NCBI RefSeq assembly: GCF_000143415.4
Contig: NW_003314274.1
Coordinates: 2,338,623-2,402,622, forward strand
Direction of reading: 5' to 3'
Source: Selaginella moellendorffii
Taxonomy: Eukaryota; Plantae; Lycopodiophyta
Length of the DNA stretch: 64,000 nt
Part shown: positions 12,448 to 25,100 of the stretch, piece after piece
How the letters are laid out: every line of letters begins with the position of its first letter
Numbering within the stretch: the first letter of the stretch is position 1
Notes under the pieces: model-generated
Database searches by the model: none
The model's input: only the letters and a program-made list of their open reading frames with translations
Told to the model about the DNA's origin: nothing
Translations under genes and position numbers: made by a program

Positions 12448-15400
12448 CGATAGGGTCCAACATATCTTGGCAAGAGCTTCCGAGACAAAGAGCCCTTAAT
12501 GTTCAAGTTCCAGGAAGATAGCCACACCTGATCTCCCACTTGATAGGATACATCCTGACAATGCTGATCCTTATCACGTCGATACCTATCCTAAGCTTTG
12601 CCCATCGCCTCAGTAGCCCGAGACCAACCTTGGCATAGCTGCTCCGCATAAGTCTCAACGGCTGGGACCAACACTTCAGTCATTGGTTTAGGTACAACAA
12701 TCTGTTGAGGAACCCCATGAGCATTCCCTTCCCTTGTAGCATCTCCCATGGAGAACAGCCTATAGCGCTGTGAAACATGTTGTTATAACAGATTTCTGCT
12801 GTATCCAAATGCTCAACCCAGTCGTGTTGGTCCGCCGTGACATAGTATCGCAGATAATCCTCAACTTGAGCATTCACGCATTCGGTCTACCCACCAGTTT
12901 GAGGATGATAAGCCGTACTAAATTTCAACTTGGTACCAAACAACTGGAACAGTGTCCCCCAAAACTTCCCCGTAAACCTCGAATCTCTATCTGCGATTAT
13001 CTCTTCAGGAAGACCACGAACCCGCACTACTTCATGGAAAAATAGCTTTGCTACTTGTTTCACATTTACTATTCCCACAATTGGAATGAAGTGTGCAATC
13101 TTTGACAATCGATCCACAACCACCATCAAAGTATCATAACCCTTAGACTTCGGCAAGCAAGTGACGAAATCAAGTATCACACTCTAAAATGGCCATGCCG
13201 GTGCTGGATTGCACTGCAACTTTCCAGCCTGCTTCTTAGTTCTGTGCTTACATTGCTAGCATATAGGGCAGGAACGGACATAGTCCGCTACATCACCTTC
13301 CATACCAGACAAAAAAAATCCCTTTTTCAATGAAGCCAGAGTCTTTCACTTCCCACCATGTCCTGCTGCTGGAACATCATGATGTTCCTGCAGAAACAAT
13401 TGCTACAGATCCTTAGAGGGAAGATACAATCTTTCTTGCTTATAGAATATAAACCCATCCCAAACTGAGAAGTGAAGCTTCACATTAATGCGACTAGCAA
13501 CTTTCACTGCTGCGCTACTAGGATCCTGCTTCAACAACCCCACATGGCAAAAGATTGCCTTCGCCAATGGATCACTTCCATATAAAGCCCAAATGTCCTC
13601 TAACCAGTCCAAACCGATTGCTGATATTGCTCGGAACTGAGCCTAGCGACTCAATGCATCCAGGACAATATTGTCTTTACTAGGTTTATATTTGATTTCA
13701 ATATCATATCTAGCAAGCTTCTCTTGCCAACGAGCCTACTTCGGCATAAACTTTTGCTACTTAGCAAAGTAGCTCAGTGTGTTACTATCTGTATAAACCT
13801 TGGTGTGTCCACCCAAGTAGTGTCTCCAGTGTTCCAGGGCCAACACTATAGCAAACATCTCTTTCTCATGCGTTGGCCATCTTCATTGAGTTTCATCCAA
13901 TTTCTTAGAATAGAACGCAACAGGACAACCATGTCACCTTAGTGTAACACCAACTGCTTTGTCACAATCTTGCTGCAACATGGCACTGATAGCATAGCCA
14001 AATGCATCACAATGCACTTCGAAGTGTTTATCAAGATCTGGAACCCTGAGAAGAGGAACCATAGTCAAGATCTCCTTCAACCATGCAAAAGCATGCTAAC
14101 AAGCTAGTGTCCAATGAAACGGAATACTACTCTTTGTCAACTCAGTCAACGGAAGAGCAATTCTTGCAAAACTGCGGACAAACTTGCAATAGTATCCTGC
14201 CAAACCGAGAAAGGAACGAACATCTGATATAGTGGTTGGAACTTCCCAGGACATCACCGCTTCCACCTTCTTTAGATCAACCTCAATCACGCCACACCAA
14301 CTACTATATGTCCGAGAAAGTTTACGCGCAATTGACCAAAAGCACATTTATTTTCCTTAGCATACAGTTTGTGTTCATGCAACTTCTGAAACACCAACTC
14401 CAAGTGTTTCAAATGATCCTCCAACGTTTCACTAAAGACTAGAACATCATTGATATATAAGACAACAAATGCGTCTAAATAATCTCCGAATATTCTATCC
14501 ATCATAGTGCTGAACATTGTTGGAGCATTGCATAACCCGAATGGCATGACAAGGAACTCATAAGATCCGTACCGAGTCTTAAAGGCTGTCTTCTCCACAT
14601 CCTGATCCGCCACTCATATCTGATGATACCCAAACTGCAAATCAAGTCACGTAAAATACTTAGCCTTTAAGAGTTGGTCAAATAGGTCATCAATGCGTGG
14701 CAAAGGATAACTATTTTTAACTATGATCTTGTTGAGTGCTCAATAGTCAATACACATCCTCATGGTTCCATCCTTTTTCATAACAAAAAGGACCGATGCT
14801 CCATAAGGTGACTTGTTTGGTCGGATATGACTTTTGTCAAGAAGCTCCCTGAGTTGCTTCTTGAGTTCAGCCATCTCCTTGATGTTCAAACGATATGGAG
14901 CCTTTGTAAGTGGTTTAGAACCCGGAATAACCTCAATCCGATGATCAACCTCACAGCTAGGAGGTAGCCCTAGTGGCAAATCCTTCGGGAAGATATCCTG
15001 ATTCCTCACCAACAACTCCAATATCTTCTTTGGTATAGGATCAACCCTGTCATTGATTCAAACTGAGTCACCAATACCCTCAGCTTCCATCACTTGAACC
15101 CAAAACGTCTGACATCCCCTCTTAGCTGCTTTTTGAGTGGCTCTCGCAGTCAGGAAGTTTGCATCCCAATCCTTTGAGGAATGCTTTTGCAACTGGAAGG
15201 ATACATTGGAATGTCCTTCGGACTTCAATGTGATACAACTTTGTCTAGCACCATAAATCCCTTTTATATATTTGTTGAAGAAGTCCATACCAAACACCAT
15301 CTGAAAATCTGGTATCTTCAACACTACCAAGTTCACTCTTTCTTTCCACTTGGATATCTTTATTGGAACATCACTCACAAACTTTCTGGCTACTTGCCCA

Positions 15401-17024
15401 CCTTCCGCAAACTGGAAGTGCATAGGTGACATTTGCTCAACATTCAATCCTAACGACTTAACTAAGTCTTCGAATATCACGCTGTGCATAGCTCCCGTGT
15501 CAATCATCACTCGAATTCAGTGTCCACGGACATAACCTACCAGATACATCAATAGATCAGTGTTTGCATTGACTGCAAGAAAAGCTTGAGGAAAGTAACG
15601 AAAGTTACTCACCTCTTCTTCCTTATAGTCTGCATTGACCAACTCATCAACCTCTTCGGCTTCACCACCACCGTCTTCCCTCATGACATTAACACGAGAC
15701 TTTGTCTTATGCTTGTTAGGACATTCTGAGGACCTATGTCCTGACTCTGCACAATGGAAGCAATGACCCACACTACCCATTCCGCTAGGAGCAGGTCTTG
15801 CAAGTTGCTGCTGCTTGTACCCACCAGGAGGAGGAATAGAGGGTCTAGGACCAAAAGAAGCTACTGGTGGTCTCCAACCACCACCACCTTTGTTAACCGT
15901 AGCTTGTGAGCCTCTAGGGCGGTACTTGCCTTCCACCCTCTGTTTCCGGTCACCTTGTTTATTCCCAGAATGTTTATTCTTATTTAAGTTACTAGCATAC
16001 GGTTGCTAATATTGTTCCATGAGTGAGTGACTAAAGGCAACTTGCTACGTTTTCCTCCTTACACTCCAAGTACATCTTTGGCTTAAACTTCAAAATCTCA
16101 TTGCGAGAAAGTGAACTTAAACCTTCTAAGAAGTAACTCTGAGCATCTTCATCACTCATATTAGCAATCATAATGTGCTTCTGAGCAAACGCATTAACGT
16201 AATGCATAAGGTCCCCTCGCTGCTTTAACTTCCGCAACTTCGCGCGAAGTCTCAGACCAAGATCATCCGGCAAGTATTCCTTACGGATACGAGACCGCAT
16301 CTTGGTCCAACTTCTAATTTGCCCTTTTTTAGCACACACCTGGCGCCACCAAGTTTTGGCATGATCAGTGAGAAAAGATTGCGCGCACGCAACTTTTGTA
16401 CAATCATCTACGTCTACCGATATGAAATAGTTTTCCATATCGTAGACCCAGTCTTCCAAAACTTGATAGTCCTGCATGCCTATGAAATTGGGTGGTTTCG
16501 TAGGCTTGAACTTTGAAACTCGTGCAACCAGGAGCGGCTGCAGAACTTCATCGTCCTCAGAACTTGAAGAGGAGTCCAGTTGCTTAGGCTTACTGGTTTA
16601 GCTGCCTTAGCTTCTTTCTTCCTCTTCTTGTTCTCCTTCTTCAATTTGCAAACTTCCCTTCACAAATTCTCAATCTCCACTTCCTGAGCCGTACACTACA
16701 ACGCCGTAGCATCTGGCTCTTCCTCTTCTGACTCAGCCTCAGCCTCTTTTGCAACATCTCTAGCAGGAGTTTCCTCCTCTCGATTCGCCGGTCTAAAGGT
16801 TTCAGCGTCATCAGCATGGTTCCTTTTCACCATCCCACTAGCTGCATGCATGTCTCTATCAGTAACTGAACATGCTTACAACATTCTTACCGAATGGTGC
16901 AATCCAATTAATCCTACACAGGTCACTTCGGAATTATTAGAAAAGTCTCTACGTATGCAACTTAAGTCAGAAAATCCGACAACAGTTGAATAGGAATCTC
17001 TAAGACAATTCCTCTGATACCAAA

Positions 17025-17890
17025 TGTAGCGCACCTGAATTTAGAGCCGAACTCCAAGCCCATTGTGCTACGAAACAAGGGTCCGGTACAATCCCACGAG
17101 CACCAGCTCCTCATATCCAGCAGCAGCACACAAAATGGTGTCAGATGGAGTTTGGCACAATTTTGGCATACTAGTGGCCTAACGCAAGGAGGAGGGTACC
17201 CCACCGACTAGAGCAACTGGAGCTTGGGCTTAGACCTAAGCTGGATGCAAAACAAAGAGCGACACAGCCAAGTAGGAGCCAAATTAATGTCTCAGATGGT
17301 TGAACNNNNNNNNNNNNNNNNNNNNNNNNNNNNNNNNNNNNNNNNNNNNNNNNNNNNNNNNNNNNNNNNNNNNNNNNNNNNNNNNNNNNNNNNNNNNNNN
17401 NNNNNTGCTAGATTGCAAATTTGGACACGGGACGACCACCATAGTGTCCAGGCCAATCTTTACATTCTGTAGATATGCCAAATGAGCAAATCTAGACACT
17501 TTCCATAAATAGCATTGGGACCGGAATGAGACTAACTCAAAGGGCATGATAGCAAGGGTGTTTGGCAGACACGGTAAGCTATCATTTAGCGAATATTGAG
17601 GGATTAGTCTCAATATCGTGGGGGTTCCTAACACTAGCAAATGCAAGTTAACATCATGAGTTTCTCGTCACCATGTCAAGTATGCTTGACTTAATGACAA
17701 CTTAGGATTTCCTTCCTTAGTGCCCTTTCGGTCTAAGTGCACATGTGCTGACCAGTTTCTCAACTAGCTTGGGCAGAGACCATAAGGGAACCAACAGTAC
17801 CGACCTCTTGGCATCGTGGCAGTAAGGAGAGAGTATCCATAAGGACTAGCCGACAAGAATCTTTTGATATCCGAAGTCACATTCGCGACA
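17025..17890 (-). repeat. 5' LTR of the Gypsy element (contains an assembly gap)
   Basis: Adjacent to the PBS, ends ...cgcgaca followed by TSD GATGG. Confidence 0.92.
17306..17405. other. Assembly gap (100 N)
   Basis: Run of n. Confidence 1.
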
Positions 17891-18255
17891 GATGGAGTTT
17901 GAGATGGAGTCCAAGGTGGACCCAAGATTGAGTCCGAGATGGAGTCCAAGATGGGACCCGAGATGGAGTTCGAGATGGAGTCTGAGATGGACCCGAGAAG
18001 GAGTTCGAGATGGAGTCCGAGATGGACCCAAGATGGAGTCTGAGATGGACCAAGATAGAGTCCAAGATGGATCTGAGATGGAGTCTGAGATGGAGTCCAA
18101 GAAGGACCCGAGATGGAGTTCGAAGTCGAGACCGAGACCGAGACTGAGACCGGGACCGGGACCAAGACCGAGGCCGAGGACGAGACCGAGCCCAAGCCCG
18201 AGTCCGAGTCCGAGTCCGAGTCTGAGTCCGAGTCCGAGTCCAAGTCCGAGTCTGA
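17891..18255. repeat. Degenerate hexamer/12-mer array (GAGATG/GAGTCC/GAGACC); continues at 9886-9945 on the other side of the Gypsy
   Basis: Repeats of gagatggagtcc and ccgagt are directly visible on both flanks of the insertion. Confidence 0.9.
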
Positions 18256-18606
18256 GAGGGTGAAAGCCCAAAGCGTTTGTCTCCCAGACCCTAGAGGGTT
18301 TGGTGAGCTCCAAAAGTATAGTAAAGGGGAGGACTCTAATGGAGCCAGTTTGGCTAGGAAAGGCCAATTTGGCCTAGGAAGGCTATACCTAGGTGTTGGG
18401 TGATGGGATAACCACTGGGAAGTCCAAGGCTAGAGTGAATACGGACTGACAAGCGGGGTAGCTTGGTGAAGTGTTCAAGAGCCAACTCTAGTTCTCCCAG
18501 GAGATTAAATGGTCGATGCTCCTAGTCCAAGTGTGGGTGGCACTACCTACTTGGATACCTGGTGTGGCTCAATGGAACCTCACTTTAAGCCCATAGCTAG
18601 AGCGCC
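18230..18606. repeat. Right arm of the long inverted repeat (partner 8700-9060)
   Basis: Reverse-complement similarity over about 350 bp. Confidence 0.75.
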
Positions 18607-19012
18607 AAAAGGCGGAAGGTGGGGAGAGTACCAATGAGGCTTGTGTAGGGCTATGGTGTTCTGAAATGCTGTCCCAAAGTCCCAAATTATGGAAAGGAAG
18701 AGTAGTGATCCTTTGGTGTAGTGATCAATGATATGATCATGTGATGAGGAAGTCCTAGAGGACAGTGGGACTTAGTGGTCGGGCCTGTGGGCTTTGATCT
18801 AATGGCAGTGTTAATGAACACGGCCATGGATAAAAAAGGATTTTGGTAAGGACTGTTAAAGGGATATTGGAGAAACTTGTTCCCCATGTTTGTGGGCATC
18901 TTAAGGATGCTAAGGAGTGGACCTATGATGGTCACTTAACCTATACTTTCAAAGTTCTCACCTTGATAGATGCAATTGCTAATATGACATTAGATGTGAT
19001 ATATGTAAGCGA

Positions 19013-19700
19013 CTAAATTTTCTATTCTACTTTAGTCACTTAACCACACCTTTGACCACTTGGAGGAGTTTCATTCACAACCTCCGTAAGTCCCATTCTA
19101 GACTTAGGGACTTGCTAGCCCCAAGAATGGCATCCATGCCACTTAACCATTGCACTTAGTCTAAGTGCTCCATATGTTTGATCCCATGACCGACACCCCA
19201 AGGTACCACTAACATACTAGCCCGTTACGCTAAGGCCATGCCCATTCATCTTGGTCACACCAATGGTCCAACACCACATGAGGGTTGGGAAACCTTTGTG
19301 GCCAGCCTTAGTTGGTAGAAGTTTAGGACCAACCTCAGGTTATGCACCTCTAGGACCATTAGACAAAACAACCCGCTCTCAACTTAAAATATTATAAATT
19401 GCAATCACACAAGGCCTTGCAGATATTTAGCGATGATTGAAGCATGGGTTCTATTGTGGGTCACTAGAAGTACTAGCATGGGGATTTGCAAAGGCTCTAG
19501 TGTCCTTATTGCCAATCACTCCAATTTGTGCCACAATATAAATGATTAAATTTTCCATTTTACTTTATTCACTTAACCACACCTTTAATCATTTGGAGAA
19601 ATCTCATTCACAACCTTCATAGGTCTTCATTCCAACTTAGGATATTAACTAAAATCCTAAAGATGGCCTCAAAGCCATATCAATTTCACACTCAGTCTTC
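19013..19700. repeat. Diverged direct repeat of about 100-150 bp (about 19013 and about 19547)
   Basis: Both copies share cacttaaccacaccttt...cattcacaacct...cttagg. Confidence 0.6.
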
Positions 19701-20136
19701 TTGGAGAGACAAGATTGTAATATATATGGTGTTAAACTACTAATAAGATAATGAAAATAGACTTGGCCTTAGTGTAAAAGGGCAAGTGAGAGATTTCCCT
19801 TGGGTGACCTCAATTTCTCTATAATTTATGTCTAAACTTTGAGACAAAATTATAAATTTGATCATGTGACAAAGTCCTTTTGAGTTGTAATTTAATAATA
19901 TGACTATGCCATAATGACTTTTAGGGTGTATGTCATAGGGTCAAACATGTGGAACTTGGACCAAGTGTAAAGGCTGAATGGTGAAAAAGACCACAACTAA
20001 TGAGTCCATGAGCTACAAAACAAAAATAATGAGATTTTGCTGACTTGGCATTTTAGATTAGATTAGCTTTGTTGCTCTATAAATATAAAAGGCTTGAATC
20101 TCCATTTTCATGCTGTTCATGAGACATTTTACACAA

Positions 20137-20197
20137 GCCACCCTAGCTCAGTTGGTAGAGTGCCACCTTGTGGTCGTGTTCACACCCCACGGGTGCA
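20137..20197 (+). pseudogene. tRNA-derived pseudogene (Thr-UGU-like) with deletions in the anticodon and T arms
   Basis: CACCC TAGCTCAGTTGGTAGAGTG (acceptor and D arm/A-box), CTTGT, GGTCGTGTTC...CCCAC GGGTG, followed by TTTT. About 12 nt too short for a cloverleaf. Confidence 0.55.
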
Positions 20198-20596
20198 TTT
20201 TCCTTAAACTCTTGCAGCATTTTTTTGTAAAGAACCATCGGAATCATCAAACAAGGTGGAGAAGACAAATGGCTTATTTGTTGCTGCACAATCTGGAGGC
20301 CTGGTTTCCCACATTGGCTGTTCGGGAGCTAGCATCGTAATCATCCAATAAGTCTAGAAACCTGGAGATCAGTGCAGACTCTGAAGTTTCTTTGATCCGA
20401 TTGTTACAATCATAGACTCATTTTGCGAAAAAACTTGTTGACAAATTCTCGCACGATCTGTTGCATTCTGGAGAACTTCAGTTGGCAAGGAGGATTTTCT
20501 TTCCTTCTCAAAAGCATTTAGAGTACAAGTGAATATCCTACAACAATAAAGAATCAAAGTTAATGGCAACCGTTGACCGGCCGCAGACCGGCGTCG

Positions 20597-21910
20597 TCAG
20601 CACTGGACGACCGCGCACACGGCACCGTTCCTCATGTCGGGCAAATGCGGCGCCTTGGACCACTCTTGCCCGCGCGTGTCGTAGACGAGCACCAGCCCCT
20701 CGCGGAGCCCCCGCGGGTTCCTCCCGCCGCGGCGCAGCAGATCGTCGATGCAGCCCCCGACCTGGATGATGTGCACAGCGCTGCCCACCGTGACGCACGA
20801 AAACTTGAGCAGGTTGTCGATCCTCAGCGGCGACGGTATGGGCGGCAGATTGATCCGGCTCCACGCCTGGCCGCGTGTGTCATACCGCCAGAAGGAGAGC
20901 TCCACGGCGTGGCTGGAGAGCATGTAGATGCAAGACCCGACCACGGTGCACGAGATCACGCAGCCGCCCCCGATCGGCAGCGGGCGCGACTTGAGCCACG
21001 CGTTGACCCGGGGGTCAAAGCAGTCCATGGAGCTGAGGTAGGCGTACGGACGCCTGATGCCGCCGATGACGTAGAAGATGCCGTCCACGGCGGCGCCGAT
21101 GCAGCCGTAGCGCCGGTGCCGCATGTCCGGGAGCCGCCGCCACGTGTCCAGCTCGGGGTCGTACACCTCGGCCTCGTGCATGACGATGTCGCGGCTGGCC
21201 CGGCAACGGCTGGCGCCGCCGGCCACGTAGACCCGGTCCCCAATGACGCAGCAGGCGAACTTCTTCCGTGGCAGGAGCATGGGGGCCGCGCGGGCGACCG
21301 TCCGCCGCCACGTGTCATAGACCATGGTGCAGTCGCCCGCCAGCGTGGCGCCCAGCACGAGGATGCGATGCTGGAGTACCGCCGACTGCGCGTGGATGAA
21401 GGTGTGGTCGGAGGATGACGTGTCGTGGTCGTGGTCGTGGTTGTCGGGGAAGAGGAGGCCGGCCTGCCACTGGCCCGTGGACTGGGAGTACGTGGCGGAG
21501 GAGAGCCCCGAGCCAATACCGCCAAACACCACCACGAAGCTCTCGAGCATCCGGAGCTTCCCGCGCGCGCGGTAGTAGAGGTCGGACTGGACGATCGTGC
21601 GCCAGTGGCGGCACACCATGGCGCACTGCCGGATGGAGCCGCGCGGTACCCTAGCCAGGCATTCCACCAGGAGATCGTCCGGGAGGGACGCCATGAGCAA
21701 GCTCTGGAGGGAGGAAGAAGGAGAAGGAATGCGAGGCGGCGGCAAGAGCATTGCCGAGTACTCCACCACTACCTCTTGGCGATCGCCGTAGCACTCGCAA
21801 TCGGACATGGGCGGGCTCCAGCACGCCCGGACGAGGCTCCGGAGCCCCATTCTCCTGCCGCTCTTAGAGCGCTGCATTGCCGCCGCCGCGCCCGCCGCTG
21901 GCTGCCCCAT
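20597..21910 (-). CDS. F-box/kelch-repeat protein, single exon
   Basis: F-box SLPDDLLVECLARVP...VCRHW and kelch repeats (RVYVAGG, AEVYDPELDTWRRLPDM, FYVIGG). First ATG at 21910. Confidence 0.9.
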   Translation of the reverse strand: MGQPAAGAAAAMQRSKSGRRMGLRSLVRACWSPPMSDCECYGDRQEVVVEYSAMLLPPPRIPSPSSSLQSLLMASLPDDLLVECLARVPRGSIRQCAMVCRHWRTIVQSDLYYRARGKLRMLESFVVVFGGIGSGLSSATYSQSTGQWQAGLLFPDNHDHDHDTSSSDHTFIHAQSAVLQHRILVLGATLAGDCTMVYDTWRRTVARAAPMLLPRKKFACCVIGDRVYVAGGASRCRASRDIVMHEAEVYDPELDTWRRLPDMRHRRYGCIGAAVDGIFYVIGGIRRPYAYLSSMDCFDPRVNAWLKSRPLPIGGGCVISCTVVGSCIYMLSSHAVELSFWRYDTRGQAWSRINLPPIPSPLRIDNLLKFSCVTVGSAVHIIQVGGCIDDLLRRGGRNPRGLREGLVLVYDTRGQEWSKAPHLPDMRNGAVCAVVQC

Positions 21911-22196
21911 CCTGTGTAGCAATCGATCGATGCGATCGATCGAAACCCTAGGCTAGGAGCTGCGCTCGATCTACGCTACACCAACACCGGCATTCCTCCA
22001 CCAAACCCTAGCGAGATAGCTCTGCTCGAACGGACCAACTTTTCCCCCCATTTTCTCTTCTCTGTTCTTGCCGCGATTACCATTCTATCTGAGCAATCGA
22101 TCAAATGCGCGTATTCTCCCAGATCTTCTCGATCGATCGAGCCAGCCAGCCACCACCAAACCCTAGCGCTCTTTCTCTTTGCCGCAATCCATCAAT

Positions 22197-25100
22197 TCAA
22201 ATGTACTTCATTCCAGCGATCCTAATCCGGCGCGAGATCATGAACTGGAGGAGCGCGTAGATCACGCCCAGCAGCGCCAGCCCCCGGATGCTGCCCACGT
22301 CAGCCGCCACGATAGCGGGCGCGTTGAGCGGACTCGTCACCAGCAGCGCCATGTCCGACGCCCGCGCCTGGTTCCACAGGAAGAGATTGAACACCGCGTG
22401 GCTGGGGATCACCATCGCCAGCAGCACCGTGTTCTTGGCCGCGTAGATCACCCCCGCCCCGCCCATCTCCATCCCCCACGACGAGCTCTCGTGCCCGTGC
22501 CACACCTCGCCCCACACCTTGATCGCCGAGGAGATGGCGAGGTAGATCGACACCGCGGCGCACAGCGGGAGGTAGCGCTGCCGATCGCCGAATCCGGTGA
22601 CCAGATTGGTGTCCTGGTTGAGCAGCAGGAGGATCGGCGCCAGGAACAGCACCGCTCGATCGGATCCGCCGGTGAGGTGCCGGTTGAGGACGATGCACAG
22701 GAGGAAGCTCCCGATGGTGGCGATGTTCCCCACGGCTGGCATCCACGCCCCCTCCGCCGAGAGCTTCTTCACAGTGAGAGGGCTCATGTGAGAAGCTCGC
22801 TGCTGCTGTAAAAGCCGGTGCTTTGGCACGAATCCAGCTCCTCCTCCTCCTCCGGTGTGGACTCCTCCCTTTTCTCGGAGGATCGAAGCGAGCTGGAGCT
22901 TGATCACCAGCGCGATGAGCATGAAGATTGCGGCGTAGAGACCCAGCAGCGAGCTGCGTGCTCCTCGGAGAGCCAGTATCGAGACGAGCTTCTCGTCGCC
23001 ATCGCCACCTGTTTGATCCCATCCCCCCCGGAGCTGGCCTTCGAGGAGATACATGACCGGAAGCAGCGAGACGAGGAGTCCAAACAGCCACGGCACGAAG
23101 CGGGGGCTGGAGGCCGATGGTAGCAGCACGAAGACGAGGAAGAGCGAGGCCGACACCATCGCCACCAGCAGGAGGACGCCGATGATCACGAGCTCAGGGA
23201 AGTAGCGCGCCGCGATGTAGATCCCCAGGTTGGCACCCACGCCGATCGCGTAGAAGAAGCGAAGTGTGACGAAGTGCTGGACCGGGAGAGCCGAGGACAG
23301 CGCCGCCAGGGTCGTGATCGCCGTCGCGAGGAGGAGCCATGTCGACCAAGTCGGCACTGCTGCTATTCCGCCATAGATCGCCTCGTCGTCGGAATAGTCG
23401 ATCTCCCTCACGTAAAACGTTCGCCTCGAGAAGGACCACGGGAGAGGCGGCTGCAAGAGCATGAACAGCAGGCCGGTTGCCAGGACCAGGACGAGTGATC
23501 TTCTCGCTGCCTGCAGCGTAAAAATGTGATTCTTAGAGAAGAGAAGCTGTGAAAACAGAGTTTTGAAAAGTACCTGCAAGTGGTTGAAATGCTGGACTAC
23601 GATCGGGGCGCTGGCAAAACCCGCCAAGAGTATCATGGAACCGAGAATAACACTGTCCGAGGGACGTCGACCGAAAGACCACTCGAGAGCCTCGATGATT
23701 GTCGACTGGCACCAGAATACAGCCGCGAGAATAACGACTGCGTGAGCGAATCCTTGCCATGGTTTCATCCGACTTCCAGTTTTTCCTTTTTGTCTGTGAA
23801 GGAAAGAGCGAAAACTTTAGCTTTCTACCTCCAACGAACAAACTTCTCCCTCGAAAGAACAAACTTACTTGTAGAGAAGAACGGGTGGCGAGACGGCCAG
23901 AAGCAACACCACCGAGGACCACAGCACAGTTCTGGAAGATAACAGCAGCATCCCAAGCTTGGAAGCGTAGAGGCAATAGATCACCCAAGCTCCGAGAGAT
24001 GTGACAAAATTGTTAGCAGCCAATCTTCGAGTGACTAGCAATCCAAAGGTGGTGGAGAGCACCACCGCATAGCTTGGATAAATAACGTCGTCCGTGTAGC
24101 CATAGTAGATCCCGGGATAGTTGTAGAGCTTGTTCTCGAGGTTGCAAACCAGTGCGGCATGCCCGATCAAAGAAATGTCGGTGAGGTAGCGAGCCTTGCC
24201 GGGAAGAGTGCTCAGCCCTGGAACTCCCAAGGCAATGCTCGCGCTGGCAATGAGAAGCTTGCAAATCGACTTGATTTCGCTTCCTCCAACCCAGATGCTC
24301 AGTGACCAGTAGTTGTGGAACACAAACCAGGTGACTGAAACGCTTGCCGAAACCGCGAAGAGAAAATACGATCCAAGGTTTCTGGACGCGAGGTAGTGGC
24401 CCAGGAACGCGGCGGAGATGATCGGAGCTGGGAGAAACTGCAGCAAAAATCTTTGAGCACCCAAGAAACGATTTTCCCGAGAGCTGGAGCTCTAGAAGCA
24501 CGAACCTTGAGTGGCATGCCAAGGACGAGCGAGGACGAGAGCGCGGCGACGAGGAGGAGAGCGGTGAGAGGAGTGTTTCCAACGCGGCCGAGGAGGAACA
24601 ATCCAACAGCGGCAGCTCCTCCCAAGAGGCCGAGCGTGACGAGCAGATAGTTGAAAGGTGGCGGGATCTGGATGTACTGGTGGAACGCGAAGAACACCAC
24701 CCGGACCTCGAGGCTGAGGATCACCGCCACCAGAGCGATCGCGCCATTGACGAGGCGAAAGTGGTCGAGTTGCCTGTGATCTTTGGCCAGCCACCACAGA
24801 GCTCCTTTCGTGGATGCGTAGAGCTGGAAGAGCAAAGGCACGAAGAAGAGGAGGACGAGCTCGGCGATGGCGTTGGCGGATCCAAGCCGCCGGTGGTGGA
24901 TCCCGAGATGGAGCGCCAGTGGGAGAAACAGTAGCATCAAAGTGTGGAGACATCCTTCCAGAGGCCCGATGAGTAGGGACCCTTCGGGGATCTGTCCGCC
25001 ATAGCTCTTCTCGGGTTTGGACTTAAACGAGGACGTCCTAGGCAGCGAGAAGAGCCAGTAGAGGACGAACTGGACGGCCATGAGATAGAACGCGGCGTGC

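Larger units (their letters stand above)
11462..16810 (-). pseudogene. Gypsy gag-pol remnant with multiple stops and frameshifts
   Basis: Gag (AKTWWRQ, LRKLKQ), CFHCAESGHRSSEC, MIDTGA, KTAFKTRYGSYEFLVMPFGLCNAP, YINDVLVFS, integrase VVVDRLSK...STAYHPQT, chromodomain EYEVEAIL...EYLVKWKGYPSSKSTWEP. Confidence 0.93.
9946..17890 (-). mobile_element. Full-length decayed Ty3/Gypsy chromovirus-type LTR retrotransposon
   Basis: LTRs at 9946-10869 and 17025-17890 (TG...CA), 5-bp TSD GATGG on both sides, tRNA-iMet PBS (revcomp TGGTATCAGAG at 17012-17022), PPT (ctctccccccctta) at 10870. Fragmented gag, CCHC knuckle, DTG protease, RT, RNase H, integrase and chromodomain, in that order. Confidence 0.95.

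Noticed and set aside
9880-18260. CRISPR-like array
   Set aside because: Eukaryotic context, and the repeats are tandem degenerate hexamers without unique spacers.
17764-18403. ORFs with DS/LG/ES dipeptide repeats
   Set aside because: These are translations of the hexamer repeat array, open in several frames on both strands.
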